From an uncultured Myxococcales bacterium (GTDB lineage: Bacteria > Myxococcota > B64-G9): a DNA stretch of 64,000 nt. The position numbers and the translations under genes are program-made. Location of the stretch: positions 22,719-86,718 of the forward strand of contig CAYSLH010000001.1 in NCBI GenBank assembly GCA_964431605.1, read 5' to 3'. The notes under the pieces are model-generated. The model ran no database searches. It was not told where the DNA came from and saw only the letters and a list, made by a program, of their open reading frames with translations. Below are positions 1 through 11,000 of the stretch, piece after piece (within the stretch, counting starts at the first letter, position 1; each line of letters starts with the position of its first letter).

Positions 1-1266
1 GCCAAGGGTGGAGAGGGTTATGCCCTTTTTGGCGAAGATCTTTATGGACTTGAGCATATCGCCGTATCTAGTGGCGCCCACGTTGGCGTCTCCATCGGAA
101 CAAACGATTACTCGGTTGACACTTCCCTTGCGGAAATTCTTGCTCGCGAGCTTATAGGCAAGTTCCAGGCCTGATGACATGGCGGTGGAACCGCCGGCGC
201 TCAGATCCTCGATGGCTTGGTGAATTTCCGCCCTCTTATCCATGCCAGTCGGCTTGAGAACCTCGCGTACGTAGCCGGCGTAGGTACAAAGCGCCACCGT
301 ATCGCCCGGCTTGAGCTGATCTACCAAAAATCTCAGGCTGCGCTTTACCAGTCCGAGCTTGTCAGCGCTGTGCATGGACCCGGATGTATCCACTAAGAAG
401 GTCAGGTGAACTGGTTTGCGCGCCTTACCTTTGGCTTCCTTTCCTTTTATGCCTATTCTCAAAATGTGGAGACTCTTTTCAAAAGGAGAAGGAGCTGCCT
501 CCATATGAACCGCGAAAGGAGCATCTTTGGGAGGGGCATAGTTATAGTGGAAGTAGTTTACGAACTCTTCCGTACGCACGGCAGCAGGAGGAGGAAGCAC
601 ACCACTGAGTAGTTTTCGTCTTGCGATGGTGTAAGAAGCCGTATCTACATCGATGGAGAATGTCGACAGCCTGTCCGTGGCTGTAATCTCCCATTGGCGC
701 ACTCCATGATCCACATACTGCTCTGTGCTCGACACAGGTGGCTCTCCCGGATACAGACCTCCTGTTACAGGCCTTCCGAAGCTTTTCATTCTTTTGTGTC
801 CATACCTTGCAGACATGGGCATACTTCGCTTTTTCCTGGGCGAAGGTTTTGAAGGAGCCGCACTAAGATCATCTACGCTAGCTGAAGCAGCAACACCTTT
901 CGCTGCAACCTTTCTCTCTTCTTCTTTTGATTCAAGGGGTCTTTGTGGCGCGGGTTTGAGTTTTATATTCAGCTTTAGCTCTTTACCTTCCTGAAGTTTA
1001 ATATTGAGCTTCTCACTGCTGAATCCAGATTTTACGGCTAGCAGGGTATAACTTCCTCCAGGCAGGGAAGAGAAGAGGAACTCCCCTTTCGAATCGGTGG
1101 TTGTGCGTTTATTGGCAGGTCCTTTGAGAAACAACATGACTCCCGGCAGTGCTCTTGCTCCCGAGGTTACAACCCCTTTGATCGATGCAGAGTTTGCTGC
1201 CCACAGGCTAGGCGCAGTAAAAATCACCAATGCACCTAACAACAACGATATGGCTGTTTTTTTCAT
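1..1266 (-). CDS. VWA (von Willebrand factor A) domain protein with N-terminal signal peptide and carboxypeptidase-regulatory-like domain; 3' end outside window
   Basis: Reverse translation gives MKKTAISLLLGALVIFTAPSLWA signal, a CarbopepD_reg-like beta-sandwich (GEFLFSSLPGGSYTLLAVKSGF), then a MIDAS motif LVDTSGSM and YfbK-like VWA core. GGAGGAG RBS precedes the ATG at 1266. Confidence 0.7.
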   Translation of the reverse strand, partial: MKKTAISLLLGALVIFTAPSLWAANSASIKGVVTSGARALPGVMLFLKGPANKRTTTDSKGEFLFSSLPGGSYTLLAVKSGFSSEKLNIKLQEGKELKLNIKLKPAPQRPLESKEEERKVAAKGVAASASVDDLSAAPSKPSPRKKRSMPMSARYGHKRMKSFGRPVTGGLYPGEPPVSSTEQYVDHGVRQWEITATDRLSTFSIDVDTASYTIARRKLLSGVLPPPAAVRTEEFVNYFHYNYAPPKDAPFAVHMEAAPSPFEKSLHILRIGIKGKEAKGKARKPVHLTFLVDTSGSMHSADKLGLVKRSLRFLVDQLKPGDTVALCTYAGYVREVLKPTGMDKRAEIHQAIEDLSAGGSTAMSSGLELAYKLASKNFRKGSVNRVIVCSDGDANVGATRYGDMLKSIKIFAKKGITLSTLG

Positions 1267-1396
1267 TATCCTGCTCCTCCCTCTTGGTTATTTGACAGCT
1301 CGTATGGACGCACGAATGGAGCAAAGGATCTCACACAGGCAGAAGCAATGGCAAGAAGCATTTCAGAAAGCACCCAAATGAATACTGCAAATGAAC

Positions 1397-2053
1397 TCAG
1401 TTGGGAGCTTCTATCACGTCCACTCCGTTGGGAATCTGGAAATGAAAAGCTTCATCTTTCAAGCCCACGTTGGTTTTCATCTTGGAAAAGGTAATGCGGT
1501 TGGTGTTACCGCCAGGATCCACCACCAGGGTCTCTTTGACCCGGAAGGTTTTCTTGTCCACCACAAATATCAGTTTTGTGAAGCGAGCCTTGGTCTTGGG
1601 CAAAAGTTCCAGGGTATAAAAGTCTCCCTTGGTACCGCCTTTCGAAAAAGAGATGATAAAATCATCCACGAGTTTTCCCTTTCCCCAGAGGAAACTTACA
1701 GCAGTGGACATGCTGGAGCCGGAAAAAGATCTATCCACCATCACCTGCTCCAGTTGAGGGTCGTAGATAAACAGCGCTTTTCCATCTGCCACGAAATTTT
1801 TTGGCCTGGGTTTCATGTAATCCCATCTCATGAGACCAGGCTTTTTTACGTAGATATATCCCGAAGATACTTTGGTCCGATCAAGTGCCTTTGACTTGTA
1901 CTCCTGTCTGAAGGCTGCCTTGAAATCTTTTGTCTTTTCGTACATAGCTTGCAGTCGTGTTGCCACCTGCAGTGGTGTCAGGTCCTTTGCCCTGGCAAGG
2001 GGATTATGAAAAACCATCGCCAAAAGCAGTGCAACTGTAAAACTCTTTATCAT
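1397..2053 (-). CDS. LolA-like outer-membrane lipoprotein carrier family protein
   Basis: Signal peptide MIKSFTVALLLAMVFHNPLARA. Length and pattern are typical of the LolA/LppX fold. Start taken at the internal Met of the 251 aa ORF. Confidence 0.5.
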   Translation of the reverse strand: MIKSFTVALLLAMVFHNPLARAKDLTPLQVATRLQAMYEKTKDFKAAFRQEYKSKALDRTKVSSGYIYVKKPGLMRWDYMKPRPKNFVADGKALFIYDPQLEQVMVDRSFSGSSMSTAVSFLWGKGKLVDDFIISFSKGGTKGDFYTLELLPKTKARFTKLIFVVDKKTFRVKETLVVDPGGNTNRITFSKMKTNVGLKDEAFHFQIPNGVDVIEAPN

Positions 2054-2111
2054 GTTCTCCTCCAGCGTATCCTTAGAACACCTATTGAGACGGTGTACGC
2101 ACAGGTACAAT

Positions 2112-3437
2112 TCAATCGATGATCCGACCCTGTAGATCATAGGGATCCGCATCCGTGATCCTGACCCTGACCACCTCTCCTATGATTGCGTCTCCTGTCA
2201 TGAACGTCTGCCCATCCACCTCCGGAGCCTGGTTCCAGGCCCGACCAATCATTTCACCCTTATCAGCTATTCCTTCCACCAGTACCTCTAAGGATTTTCC
2301 CACCAGGGAACGATGATAGTCCTCGGCTATAGAGACCTGTATCTGCATAAGCTGCTTCTGTCTCTGAAGGGCAAGTTCATGTGGAACCTGTTTATCCAGT
2401 TTTGCAGCCTCGGTACCCTCCTCTGCAGAAAACGCAAACACTCCAAGTCGCTCAAACTTTGCCTCTCGGACGAAACAAGCCATACGCTCGAAAGATTCAT
2501 CCGTCTCGCCGGGAAATCCCGTCATCAGCGAAGTTCGCAACACTGCCCCTGGAAGCATTTGGCGAATCTTTCCAATAAAATCCAACATTGTCTGTGCATC
2601 CCCGCCCCTTTTCATTCTTTTGAGCACCGCTGGATCCACATGTTGCAAAGGTATGTCCAGATACGGCAATACCGTTTCATGACGCGCGATCACATCAAGG
2701 AGTCGTTTAGGCACCTTGGTGGGGAAAAGATACATGAGCCTCAACCACCATAGGCCAGCCACCCCGGCCAATTCATCCACCAGTTCGTCAAGCGATGGCC
2801 TTTTCGGTAAATCCGAACCCCATGAGGCCAGATCCTGCGCCACTAAAATCAACTCATTGGCCCCCCAGCGAACCAGATTCTCTGCTTCGGTTATCAGGTC
2901 ATCAATGGGCCTGGATCGCTGAGGCCCTCTTATGGAGGGGATCACACAAAAGGAACATTTACGCGAACAACCTTCTGCGACCTTGAGATATGCAGCACCG
3001 GCAGAAAGAGAGTTTGCCCTCGGAGTATTTGAATCCATGAGAAAAGAGTCGGCGGAATCCCCAACCAGCCTGGATCTTTTTTCCCGTTTCGTCTCCAGTA
3101 ATTCTGCCAGGTCCCCGATTTTTTCCGGGGTCACGAACAGGTCCACCTCTTCGAGTTCGTCTACAAGCCCGTCTGTGTACCTACCAGGAAGACAACCTGC
3201 GACCACAAGCTCCTTGCACCTGCCCACAGTCTTGTAAGACGAAGCCTGCATGATCGCATCCAGGGATTCCTCCACCGCTTCCCTCAGAAAGGCACAGGTG
3301 TTTACAATTATGAGTTCGGCCTCCGCAGGATCGTCAACCGCGGTCCAGCCGCGGCTTGCAAGCTGCGCCCATACCACCTCCGAATCCACTTTATTTTTGG
3401 GACACCCGAGCCCTATGAGATGAAAACGCCTACCCAC
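2112..3437 (-). CDS. rimO: Ribosomal protein S12 methylthiotransferase RimO (MiaB-family radical SAM plus TRAM)
   Basis: N-terminal MTTase domain (LIGLGCPKN), radical SAM CxxxCxxC (CSRKCSFC), C-terminal TRAM (GKSLEVLVEG...VRITDADPYDLQGR). Confidence 0.85.
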   Translation of the reverse strand: MGRRFHLIGLGCPKNKVDSEVVWAQLASRGWTAVDDPAEAELIIVNTCAFLREAVEESLDAIMQASSYKTVGRCKELVVAGCLPGRYTDGLVDELEEVDLFVTPEKIGDLAELLETKREKRSRLVGDSADSFLMDSNTPRANSLSAGAAYLKVAEGCSRKCSFCVIPSIRGPQRSRPIDDLITEAENLVRWGANELILVAQDLASWGSDLPKRPSLDELVDELAGVAGLWWLRLMYLFPTKVPKRLLDVIARHETVLPYLDIPLQHVDPAVLKRMKRGGDAQTMLDFIGKIRQMLPGAVLRTSLMTGFPGETDESFERMACFVREAKFERLGVFAFSAEEGTEAAKLDKQVPHELALQRQKQLMQIQVSIAEDYHRSLVGKSLEVLVEGIADKGEMIGRAWNQAPEVDGQTFMTGDAIIGEVVRVRITDADPYDLQGRIID

Positions 3438-3439
3438 GT

Positions 3440-4795
3440 TCAGATCTCGTATGTCTGGTCTTCGACCGCGCCAACGACATTTGTCCTGCCGTCTTTTTCA
3501 AGAGCATCCACCAGCCCGGCCGTGGAGTCGGGTTCGCCATGGTTTATGATGAAAGCTGGTTTACCCGGAAGGTGCCGGCTCCACTCCACCAACGCATTCC
3601 GGTCAGCGTGAGCGGAAAAACCATTGAGGGTCTCGATATGTGCATTTACCTTGACCTTCTGCCCATGGATGCGAACCTGTTCGGCTCCATCCACCATGGA
3701 TCTCCCCATGGTCCCATATCCCTGCCATCCCACGAACACCACTGTTGTGCTTTGCCTTTCGAGGAAATACTTCAGGTGGTGAAGGATTCGCCCGCCGGTG
3801 CACATTCCCGATCCTGCGATTATCACAGCAGGTGGACTCATTTTTTGTACTGTCTTGGAATCCTCTGCAGTAATCAGCTCCCTAAAGCCTTCGAACCTCA
3901 TGGGCGTCTTTCCATGACGAATCATGTCCCAGGTGGTCTCGTCGAAACATTCCCTGTGGCCTCGATATACATCCGTTACCCTTTCCGCCATGGGAGAATC
4001 CAGAAGCACCGGGATCTTTGGCAACTGTCCCGAGCGAATCATGTTCCCGAAGTGAAACAGAAGCTCCTGTGTGCGACCTATGGCAAAGGCCGGTATGAGT
4101 ACAAAACCACGATGCTCCACTGCGCGATGAACGATTTGCTTGAACTCCTTTACCGTGGCCTCGCGATCCTTGTGAAGCCTGTTGCCGTATGTGGACTCCA
4201 TAACCACAGTGTCCAGCGGCTCGTCGGGCCACTGGATGGTGGGATCCCTAATGATTGGTGAGTTGGGTGTTCCAATGTCTCCAGACATCAAAAGTCTCTT
4301 GTCTCCTGAACGGATCAATACGTGCGAAGACCCGAGAATATGGCCTGCGTCTTTCATCTCGATACTGATGCCTGCGCCCAGTTCCTGCACCTGGTCATAG
4401 CGCATGGCGCTTAGTAACCCGGTGGTTTTATCCACCGCTTCCTCTCCGTAAAGAGGTCCGCCATCCCATTTGGCACTAAGCCTCGCAGAATCGCGCCATA
4501 CGATGTCCGCCAACTGCCCTGTTGCAGAGTGGGCATAAACAGGTCCGGAATAACCAGCCTCCACCAATCTCGGTAATCTGCCTGTATGATCCAAATGACC
4601 ATGAGTCAATACCACTGCGTCTATTTCCCCCACTGGTATGGGAAACGGCTCACGGTTCAGCTCCTGGGCGTCGTCTCCCCCCTGAACCAACCCGCAATCC
4701 ACAAGAATATTCTTGCCCGAAGTCTGTACCAAACTGCATGACCCTGTTACCCGGCCAGCTGCACCATAGAATGTAATTTTCATTTCGGTCAACAC
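3440..4795 (-). CDS. MBL-fold metallo-hydrolase of the beta-CASP RNA-metabolising family
   Basis: HxHxDH motif (LTHGHLDHTG), beta-CASP region and C-terminal RNA-specificity-like domain; about 450 aa. Confidence 0.75.
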   Translation of the reverse strand: MLTEMKITFYGAAGRVTGSCSLVQTSGKNILVDCGLVQGGDDAQELNREPFPIPVGEIDAVVLTHGHLDHTGRLPRLVEAGYSGPVYAHSATGQLADIVWRDSARLSAKWDGGPLYGEEAVDKTTGLLSAMRYDQVQELGAGISIEMKDAGHILGSSHVLIRSGDKRLLMSGDIGTPNSPIIRDPTIQWPDEPLDTVVMESTYGNRLHKDREATVKEFKQIVHRAVEHRGFVLIPAFAIGRTQELLFHFGNMIRSGQLPKIPVLLDSPMAERVTDVYRGHRECFDETTWDMIRHGKTPMRFEGFRELITAEDSKTVQKMSPPAVIIAGSGMCTGGRILHHLKYFLERQSTTVVFVGWQGYGTMGRSMVDGAEQVRIHGQKVKVNAHIETLNGFSAHADRNALVEWSRHLPGKPAFIINHGEPDSTAGLVDALEKDGRTNVVGAVEDQTYEI

Positions 4796-4808
4796 TCGTC
4801 TCCCTTGT

Positions 4809-5768
4809 CTATACCCGAAAAGCTTCGGGTCGTTGCTGCCACCACTTCCAAGTTCGTCTTATGCCATCCGGCAACTTCACCATCGGCTTGAAGCCCACCT
4901 GCTCCAAAGCCGAAATATCAGCCCAGGTATTTGGCATCTCACCAGGCCTGGAGGGCTTGTTATCGGTGCGCAGCATGACGTCAGCCTCCGCACTCACCAG
5001 CTCCGCGACCTGCCCGACAGTCGTGGTCTCGCCTGAACCCAGGTTGATTATCCGCCATGGTGTTGGTCTGTCCAAAACCCTCAACAAACCCACCACCGCA
5101 TCGTCTACGTATATCATGTCCCTACCAACTGTCCCATCACCAAAGATGGGAAGAGGTGCTCTTTTTTCCGCAGCGCTCATGAACGCTGGAAGCATTCTCA
5201 CGGGAGACTGTCGCGGTCCGTATACGGAAAACAACCTAACCACCGAAATATTGACCGGGGTTCGCAAAGAAAACGCATGGGCACACAGTTCCATGCTTCG
5301 AAAGCTTGCACCCAGAATGCTCAACGGCTTGCCGGCTCCATCGTTTTCCGAAAATGGATAGCTCCTGCTACCACCATAGACGTGTGCCGTGCTTGCCAAA
5401 ACCAGATGCTCGGTATTGTTTCGCCTGCATGTAATCATAACGTTCAACGCGCCTTGCTGATGAAGCCTGAAAGCATCGATAGGATTGGCCTCACACAGCT
5501 GCAAATCTCGTCTCGAAGCCAAATGGACCACCGACTTGGGAGAAAACCTTGAAAACAAGCTCTGCAGTAGTTCAGGACTTGTCACATCTCCTTGGACGAA
5601 CTCGAATCGCTTGTGAGAAGCAACTTGCTCCAGCCTTGCCTCTTGCCAGCCGTCCGGCTCCTCCCTGTCCAGTGAGTCGAGACCCAACACCCTATAACCA
5701 CCTTCCAGCAGGACCTCGACCAACCTGGCGCCCAAAAAACCAGCCGCGCCTGTAACCAAAACGTTCAT
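4809..5768 (-). CDS. NAD-dependent epimerase/dehydratase (UDP-glucuronate 4-epimerase-like SDR)
   Basis: Rossmann GAAGFLG motif at the N-terminus and extended SDR layout. Adjacent to ugd. Confidence 0.75.
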   Translation of the reverse strand: MNVLVTGAAGFLGARLVEVLLEGGYRVLGLDSLDREEPDGWQEARLEQVASHKRFEFVQGDVTSPELLQSLFSRFSPKSVVHLASRRDLQLCEANPIDAFRLHQQGALNVMITCRRNNTEHLVLASTAHVYGGSRSYPFSENDGAGKPLSILGASFRSMELCAHAFSLRTPVNISVVRLFSVYGPRQSPVRMLPAFMSAAEKRAPLPIFGDGTVGRDMIYVDDAVVGLLRVLDRPTPWRIINLGSGETTTVGQVAELVSAEADVMLRTDNKPSRPGEMPNTWADISALEQVGFKPMVKLPDGIRRTWKWWQQRPEAFRV

Positions 5769-7097
5769 TCACACCCCCTTTTTGCCGCCTGACAGTGCGT
5801 CCCTGCCGATGGTCAACAATTCGAAACCCATTTCATTCATTTTTTCAGGATTGAAAACATTTCTCCCGTCGAAGATTACCTTCTGTTTCAAAGATCGAGA
5901 GATTCGATGGAAATCCGGCCTCCTAAACTCGTTCCACTCGGTGACCAACACCAGCGCGTCCGAGCCTTCACACGCCTCGTAAGAATTCGAACACCAAACA
6001 ACCCGGTCACCAAAGTGCTTTCGAGCCGTTTCCATGGCTTCAGGATCATAGGCCCTCACACAAGCCCCTGCTTCGAGTAATTCCTCCATCAAAACCAACG
6101 AAGGAGCCTCCCTGACATCATCGGTTCTTGGCTTGAACGCAAGTCCCCAAACCGCGAAAGTCCGTCCGGTAAGATCTTCACCAAACCTCGTTTTGATCTT
6201 TTTGGACAATACCCTTTTTTGCTCCTCGTTCACTTGGTCCGTCGCCATGAGCATGTTCATAGCCACTCCATGTTCCTGACCCGTCTTGACCAGTGCTCTG
6301 ACATCTTTTGGAAAACAGCTTCCGCCGTAGCCGACACCAGGAAATAAAAACGCATGCCCTACTCTTTTATCAGAACCTACGCCCAGCCTGACCTTGTCCA
6401 CATCTGCTCCCACCGCGTCACACAGCCTGGCTATCTCGTTCATGAAAGAAATCCTCGAAGCCAACAATCCGTTGGCGCAGTATTTGGTCATCTCGGCGCT
6501 TTCGTTGTCCATATAGAGAATTGGATTTCCACTACGAACAAAAGGAGCATACAGATCGGTCATTATCTCTCGAGCCCATTGTTCTTCGACCCCCATCACC
6601 ACCCTGTCCGGTCTCATAAAATCATCTACCGCGGCACCCTCCTTCAAAAATTCAGGGTTGGATACCACAGAAAATTTTTTATTCGTTTTTTTTGAGATAA
6701 GCGCCTTGACCTTTTGGGCCGTACCCACCGGAACGGTGCTTTTGCATACCACGACCATGGGCCCATCAATTGCCGAGGCAATGTCACCAGCCACCTGGAG
6801 AACATACTTGAGGTCCGCCGAACCATCGTGACTCTGTGGAGTTCCAACAGTTATGAATGCCACCTCCGCGCCATGGATTGCCCTGGAAAGTTCGGAGGTA
6901 AACCAAAGGCGTTTTTCTCTGGAGTTTCTACCCATGAGATCCGCCAATCCCGGTTCGTAAAAAGGAACCTCTCCCCTGTTCAGCCGTTCAATCCTGTCCT
7001 CATCCACATCCACCACCGCCACATGGTGGCCCGTCTCGGCAAAGCAGGTTCCTGCCACCAAGCCAACGTATCCAGCACCTACTACCGCGATTTTCAT
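5769..7097 (-). CDS. ugd: UDP-glucose 6-dehydrogenase
   Basis: MKIAVVGAGYVGL N-terminus, catalytic GGSCFPKD motif, C-terminal UDP-binding domain. Start taken at the internal ATG (MKIAV). Confidence 0.85.
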   Translation of the reverse strand: MKIAVVGAGYVGLVAGTCFAETGHHVAVVDVDEDRIERLNRGEVPFYEPGLADLMGRNSREKRLWFTSELSRAIHGAEVAFITVGTPQSHDGSADLKYVLQVAGDIASAIDGPMVVVCKSTVPVGTAQKVKALISKKTNKKFSVVSNPEFLKEGAAVDDFMRPDRVVMGVEEQWAREIMTDLYAPFVRSGNPILYMDNESAEMTKYCANGLLASRISFMNEIARLCDAVGADVDKVRLGVGSDKRVGHAFLFPGVGYGGSCFPKDVRALVKTGQEHGVAMNMLMATDQVNEEQKRVLSKKIKTRFGEDLTGRTFAVWGLAFKPRTDDVREAPSLVLMEELLEAGACVRAYDPEAMETARKHFGDRVVWCSNSYEACEGSDALVLVTEWNEFRRPDFHRISRSLKQKVIFDGRNVFNPEKMNEMGFELLTIGRDALSGGKKGV

Positions 7098-7204
7098 ATG
7101 CTGTCCTCCTCTGGTCAGGATCCCCAGTCTATGCCCGAACCAACTCTTGAGCAATGGGTTCCAGAAACATAAAATAAATATCTAATAGAGGAAAGGATGA
7201 ACAA

Positions 7205-7897
7205 GTGTGCGGCAGGTTTGCAATAGTGTCTCCAGCCAGCGAACTACAAAAGGCTTTCAAATTGGTACAAAAACCCGCAACCCCCAGTCCAAACTACAAC
7301 GCGGCTCCCGGACAGGATCTTTTCATTATACCGAATATCCTCCCCAGAGCCATCTCCATGTTCAAATGGGGCCTGGTTCCTGCACATTCAAAGGATGCCA
7401 GTATCGGTCGCAGACTCACAAACGCAAGGGCTGAGACTCTTTGGGAAAAAAATAGTTTCAAAAAGGCCATTCGTTCGAGACGATGTCTCGTTCCGGCAAA
7501 CGGATTTTACGAATGGAAAAAAACTACAGGTGGAAAAGTCCCCTTTTTCATACGTTTCAAAGACAAGAGACTCTTTGCTTTTGCAGGCTTGTGGGAGTAC
7601 TGGGAAAATGGCTCTCAACCTATGCACACTTTTACCATAATCACCACAGAGCCCAATGACCTGCTTGGCAAAATTCACAATCGAATGCCTGTCATCATGC
7701 AACCTGAGTTCTGGGATGTCTGGCTATCGGACAGAGAACTGTCACCCAACGACACCAGAGATTTGCTAAGGACCCTTGATGCAACCTTCCTGGAGGCTTT
7801 TGAAGTCTCGTCCCTGGTAAATTCCGTATCCAACAACGGCCCGGAGCTGATTCAAAAATCTAAGCCCCGACTCATGGAACAAACCTCGCTTTTCTGA
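7205..7897 (+). CDS. SOS-response-associated peptidase (SRAP / YedK / HMCES family, abasic-site processing)
   Basis: Starts MCGRF with the catalytic Cys2, has GLWEYW, and is about 230 aa. Confidence 0.85.
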   Translation: MCGRFAIVSPASELQKAFKLVQKPATPSPNYNAAPGQDLFIIPNILPRAISMFKWGLVPAHSKDASIGRRLTNARAETLWEKNSFKKAIRSRRCLVPANGFYEWKKTTGGKVPFFIRFKDKRLFAFAGLWEYWENGSQPMHTFTIITTEPNDLLGKIHNRMPVIMQPEFWDVWLSDRELSPNDTRDLLRTLDATFLEAFEVSSLVNSVSNNGPELIQKSKPRLMEQTSLF

Positions 7898-8060
7898 CCC
7901 TTATTAGAAGGTTCGAGTATAATTGCAGCCGAGATGAGTATTTCCGGCAATGCTTGACGAAATCTGTACGATAAGCGAATCTTTTGATGCTATCGAAAAT
8001 CACTACCGAGCTGATAATGATTATCGTCCCGCAACGATTAGCAAAAAAAGGAGAAAGCCC

Positions 8061-11000
8061 ATGAGCAGGTTATGTTGTATTTTGGTTGGCATCGTAACGT
8101 TATTGTCGACTTCCACTGATGTGGCTGCTCAAGTCTGTCCCGACCCCGGCTTGATTCAGTGTGGTGACAGTGTGTCCGGCGATACCTCAGCAGGTTCCAA
8201 CTTGAATTCAGCATATAGCTGCACCTCTGATTCTTATTCGGGACCCGATGCGAACTATCTTCTGATGATCGATCAATGTGTGGAGTTGACTCTCACATTG
8301 AACCCGGATTATGACGGAGCTCTTTTCGTCGTCCCCGACAGGATGGGTACGTGCAGAACAGACCAGTGCCTGACTGGTGCAGACAGTGGATTCTCGGGAG
8401 ATACCGAGACAATCCAGGCAACGGCCAGTCCAGGGTCTTACTTTGTTTCGGTGGATGGATATTTTTCTTGGAACTACGGTCCGTATACACTCGATGTCCA
8501 ATGTACGGCTCATCCGGAATGCGAAGACCTGGACTCAGATGGCTACTACGCAGACGACGGCATCTGTCCTTGCGGAAATGACTGTGTCGATACGGACGAG
8601 TCCATCAACCCGGCAGCCGAGGAAATCTGTGGAGATGGAATCGATCAGGACTGCGATGGTTCAGACTCCGAGTGCCCGGAATGTGCTCCCAATCAGACCC
8701 TATCCTGCGACACCAATTCCAGCACAGACATGGGCTCCCTAAGTAACAACATAAACTCCTGGTGTGGCTCTGGTTCAACCAACTGGAACGGCAACGAGGC
8801 TATATTCCAATTTTCTCCTCAATCGAGCGTGGGAGTGAGATTTTCCACTACGGAATCTGAAGATATCGACATCTTCGTGACCAGACCCTTTGCCGAAGGT
8901 GTCTGCAATCCACAAAATTGTATCACCGATTCCAAGCAAGACCAGGGTAATGAATCAGTGTCATTTTTTGCTTCTGCTGGTGATACCTACTATATCGCCG
9001 TGGATGGTTTTTATTCTGCAAGTCCCAACTTCGACTGGAACGCCAGCTGCTTTGATGAACAATGTAGTGCCGGACCTGAAATCTCCTGCGGCCAATCAAT
9101 CGATGGGGATACATCCACAGGTTCGAACAATCTGACGATTTATAATGGTATAACCTATGATTTTCCTGCACCGGACGATGTGCATACCTTTACAGCGAAT
9201 GGAGACATGCTGGTGTCTGTATCTATCACCTTCGGACAGGGAATCGATTTGGCTCTGTTGGTTCTTGAAGACAACGGAACCGGATGCATCCCGGAAAACC
9301 TCATCGCCGCCTCCGATCTGGTCAATGACAATATCCATGACGAGACCCTGTCTTTCCAGGCTGGTGCTGGTTCAACTTATTACATCGTGGTGGATGGATG
9401 GACCGACGGTGATCAAGGCCCTTACAGTATGAGCGTTCAATGCTCTGCCATATGTGCCAACGGGCTTGAAGACTGTAATGGTGTATGCGCCGATACATCC
9501 AGCGATGTGCAAAACTGCGGAGCTTGCGGTGTCTCTTGTTCCTTTGCCCATGGTCAACCTGCATGTGTCCAGGGAGAATGCTCTTTGGCTTCTTGCGATG
9601 ACGGATGGGAAGACTGCAACTCGGATCTTTCCGATGGATGCGAGACGCCCTTGAATACGAATGACCATTGTGGCTCATGCGATACGTCCTGCACATCTCC
9701 AGAATTTTGTTTCGACGGGTCTTGCACGGACCAATGTCCGGACGGTTTGACCAACTGTGATGGAAACTGCATTGATACTTCAAACGATGTGGCGAACTGT
9801 GGTTCTTGCTATAACGAATGTTCATTCGCTCACGCCCAGGCATCTTGCGTCCAGAACACTTGCACCATGGGATCATGCGACCCTGACTGGGGAGACTGCA
9901 ACCTGGATCAATCCGATGGATGCGAAAAGGATCTTTCCTCGGATCCTCTAAATTGTGGTCAGTGTAACAACCAGTGTAGCTCTCCCCTCGTGTGCAATGC
10001 CGGATCTTGTACGGACCAATGTCCGGACGGTTTGACCAACTGTGGTGGAGCATGTGTGGATACACTTTCCGACCTGTCCAACTGTGGAACATGTGGCAAT
10101 GTCTGCACTTTCGATAATGCTACCGGCGCTTGTCAGAACGGAACCTGTACGATCCAATCCTGTAATAGTGCTTGGGCCGACTGCGATTCCGACGCTCAAA
10201 CCGGTTGCGAGGTAGAACTGGGAACAAATGCAAATTGCACCGCCTGCGGAGACTCGTGCGTTTTCTCTAACGCCACGGGTCAATGCACTGAATCAGGTTG
10301 TCAAATGACAGGCTGCTCCGAGGGATTTGGAGACTGTGACGGACTCGAAGCAAACGGATGTGAAGCTCAGCTTGGTACCGACACAAACTGCTCCGCCTGT
10401 GGAGATTCATGCGCTTTTGCTCATGCAGATGGAAGCTGCGTACAGGGGAATTGCCAAATGGGAGATTGTTGGACAAACTTCGAAAACTGCAATTCTGACA
10501 CATCCGATGGGTGTGAGGCTGATCTTCGCTCTTCATCGAACTGTGGCTCCTGTGGCCACCAATGCCAGGCAACAGAATCTTGCGACCAGGGACAGTGTGT
10601 ATCTTCATGTCAGGACCTGGATGGCGACGGACACCTAGCTTCTTCTTGCGGCGGAGACGACTGCAACGACTATGATGCAAACTCCTATCCTGGTGCTCCC
10701 GAGACATGTGGTGACGGTGTTGATCAGGATTGCAACGGTACAGATCTTCCATGCGGCGACTGTCATGACAACGACTCAGACGGCCACCAGGACAAGGCAT
10801 GCGGCGGCGATGACTGTGATGACTCAGACGCTGCCGTTCATCCCGGCGCTTCGGAAATTTGCGGCGACGGAATAGACCAGGATTGCGATGGACAGGATAA
10901 ACCCTGTGGCGATTGTCATGACAACGACTCAGACGGCTACCAGGACCAGACTTGCGGCGGCAACGACTGTGATGACTCAAACGCTGCCGTTCATCCCGGT

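Noticed and set aside
3539-4261. 240 aa plus-strand ORF inside the MBL/beta-CASP gene
   Set aside because: It is antisense to a confidently assigned CDS with no recognisable domain.
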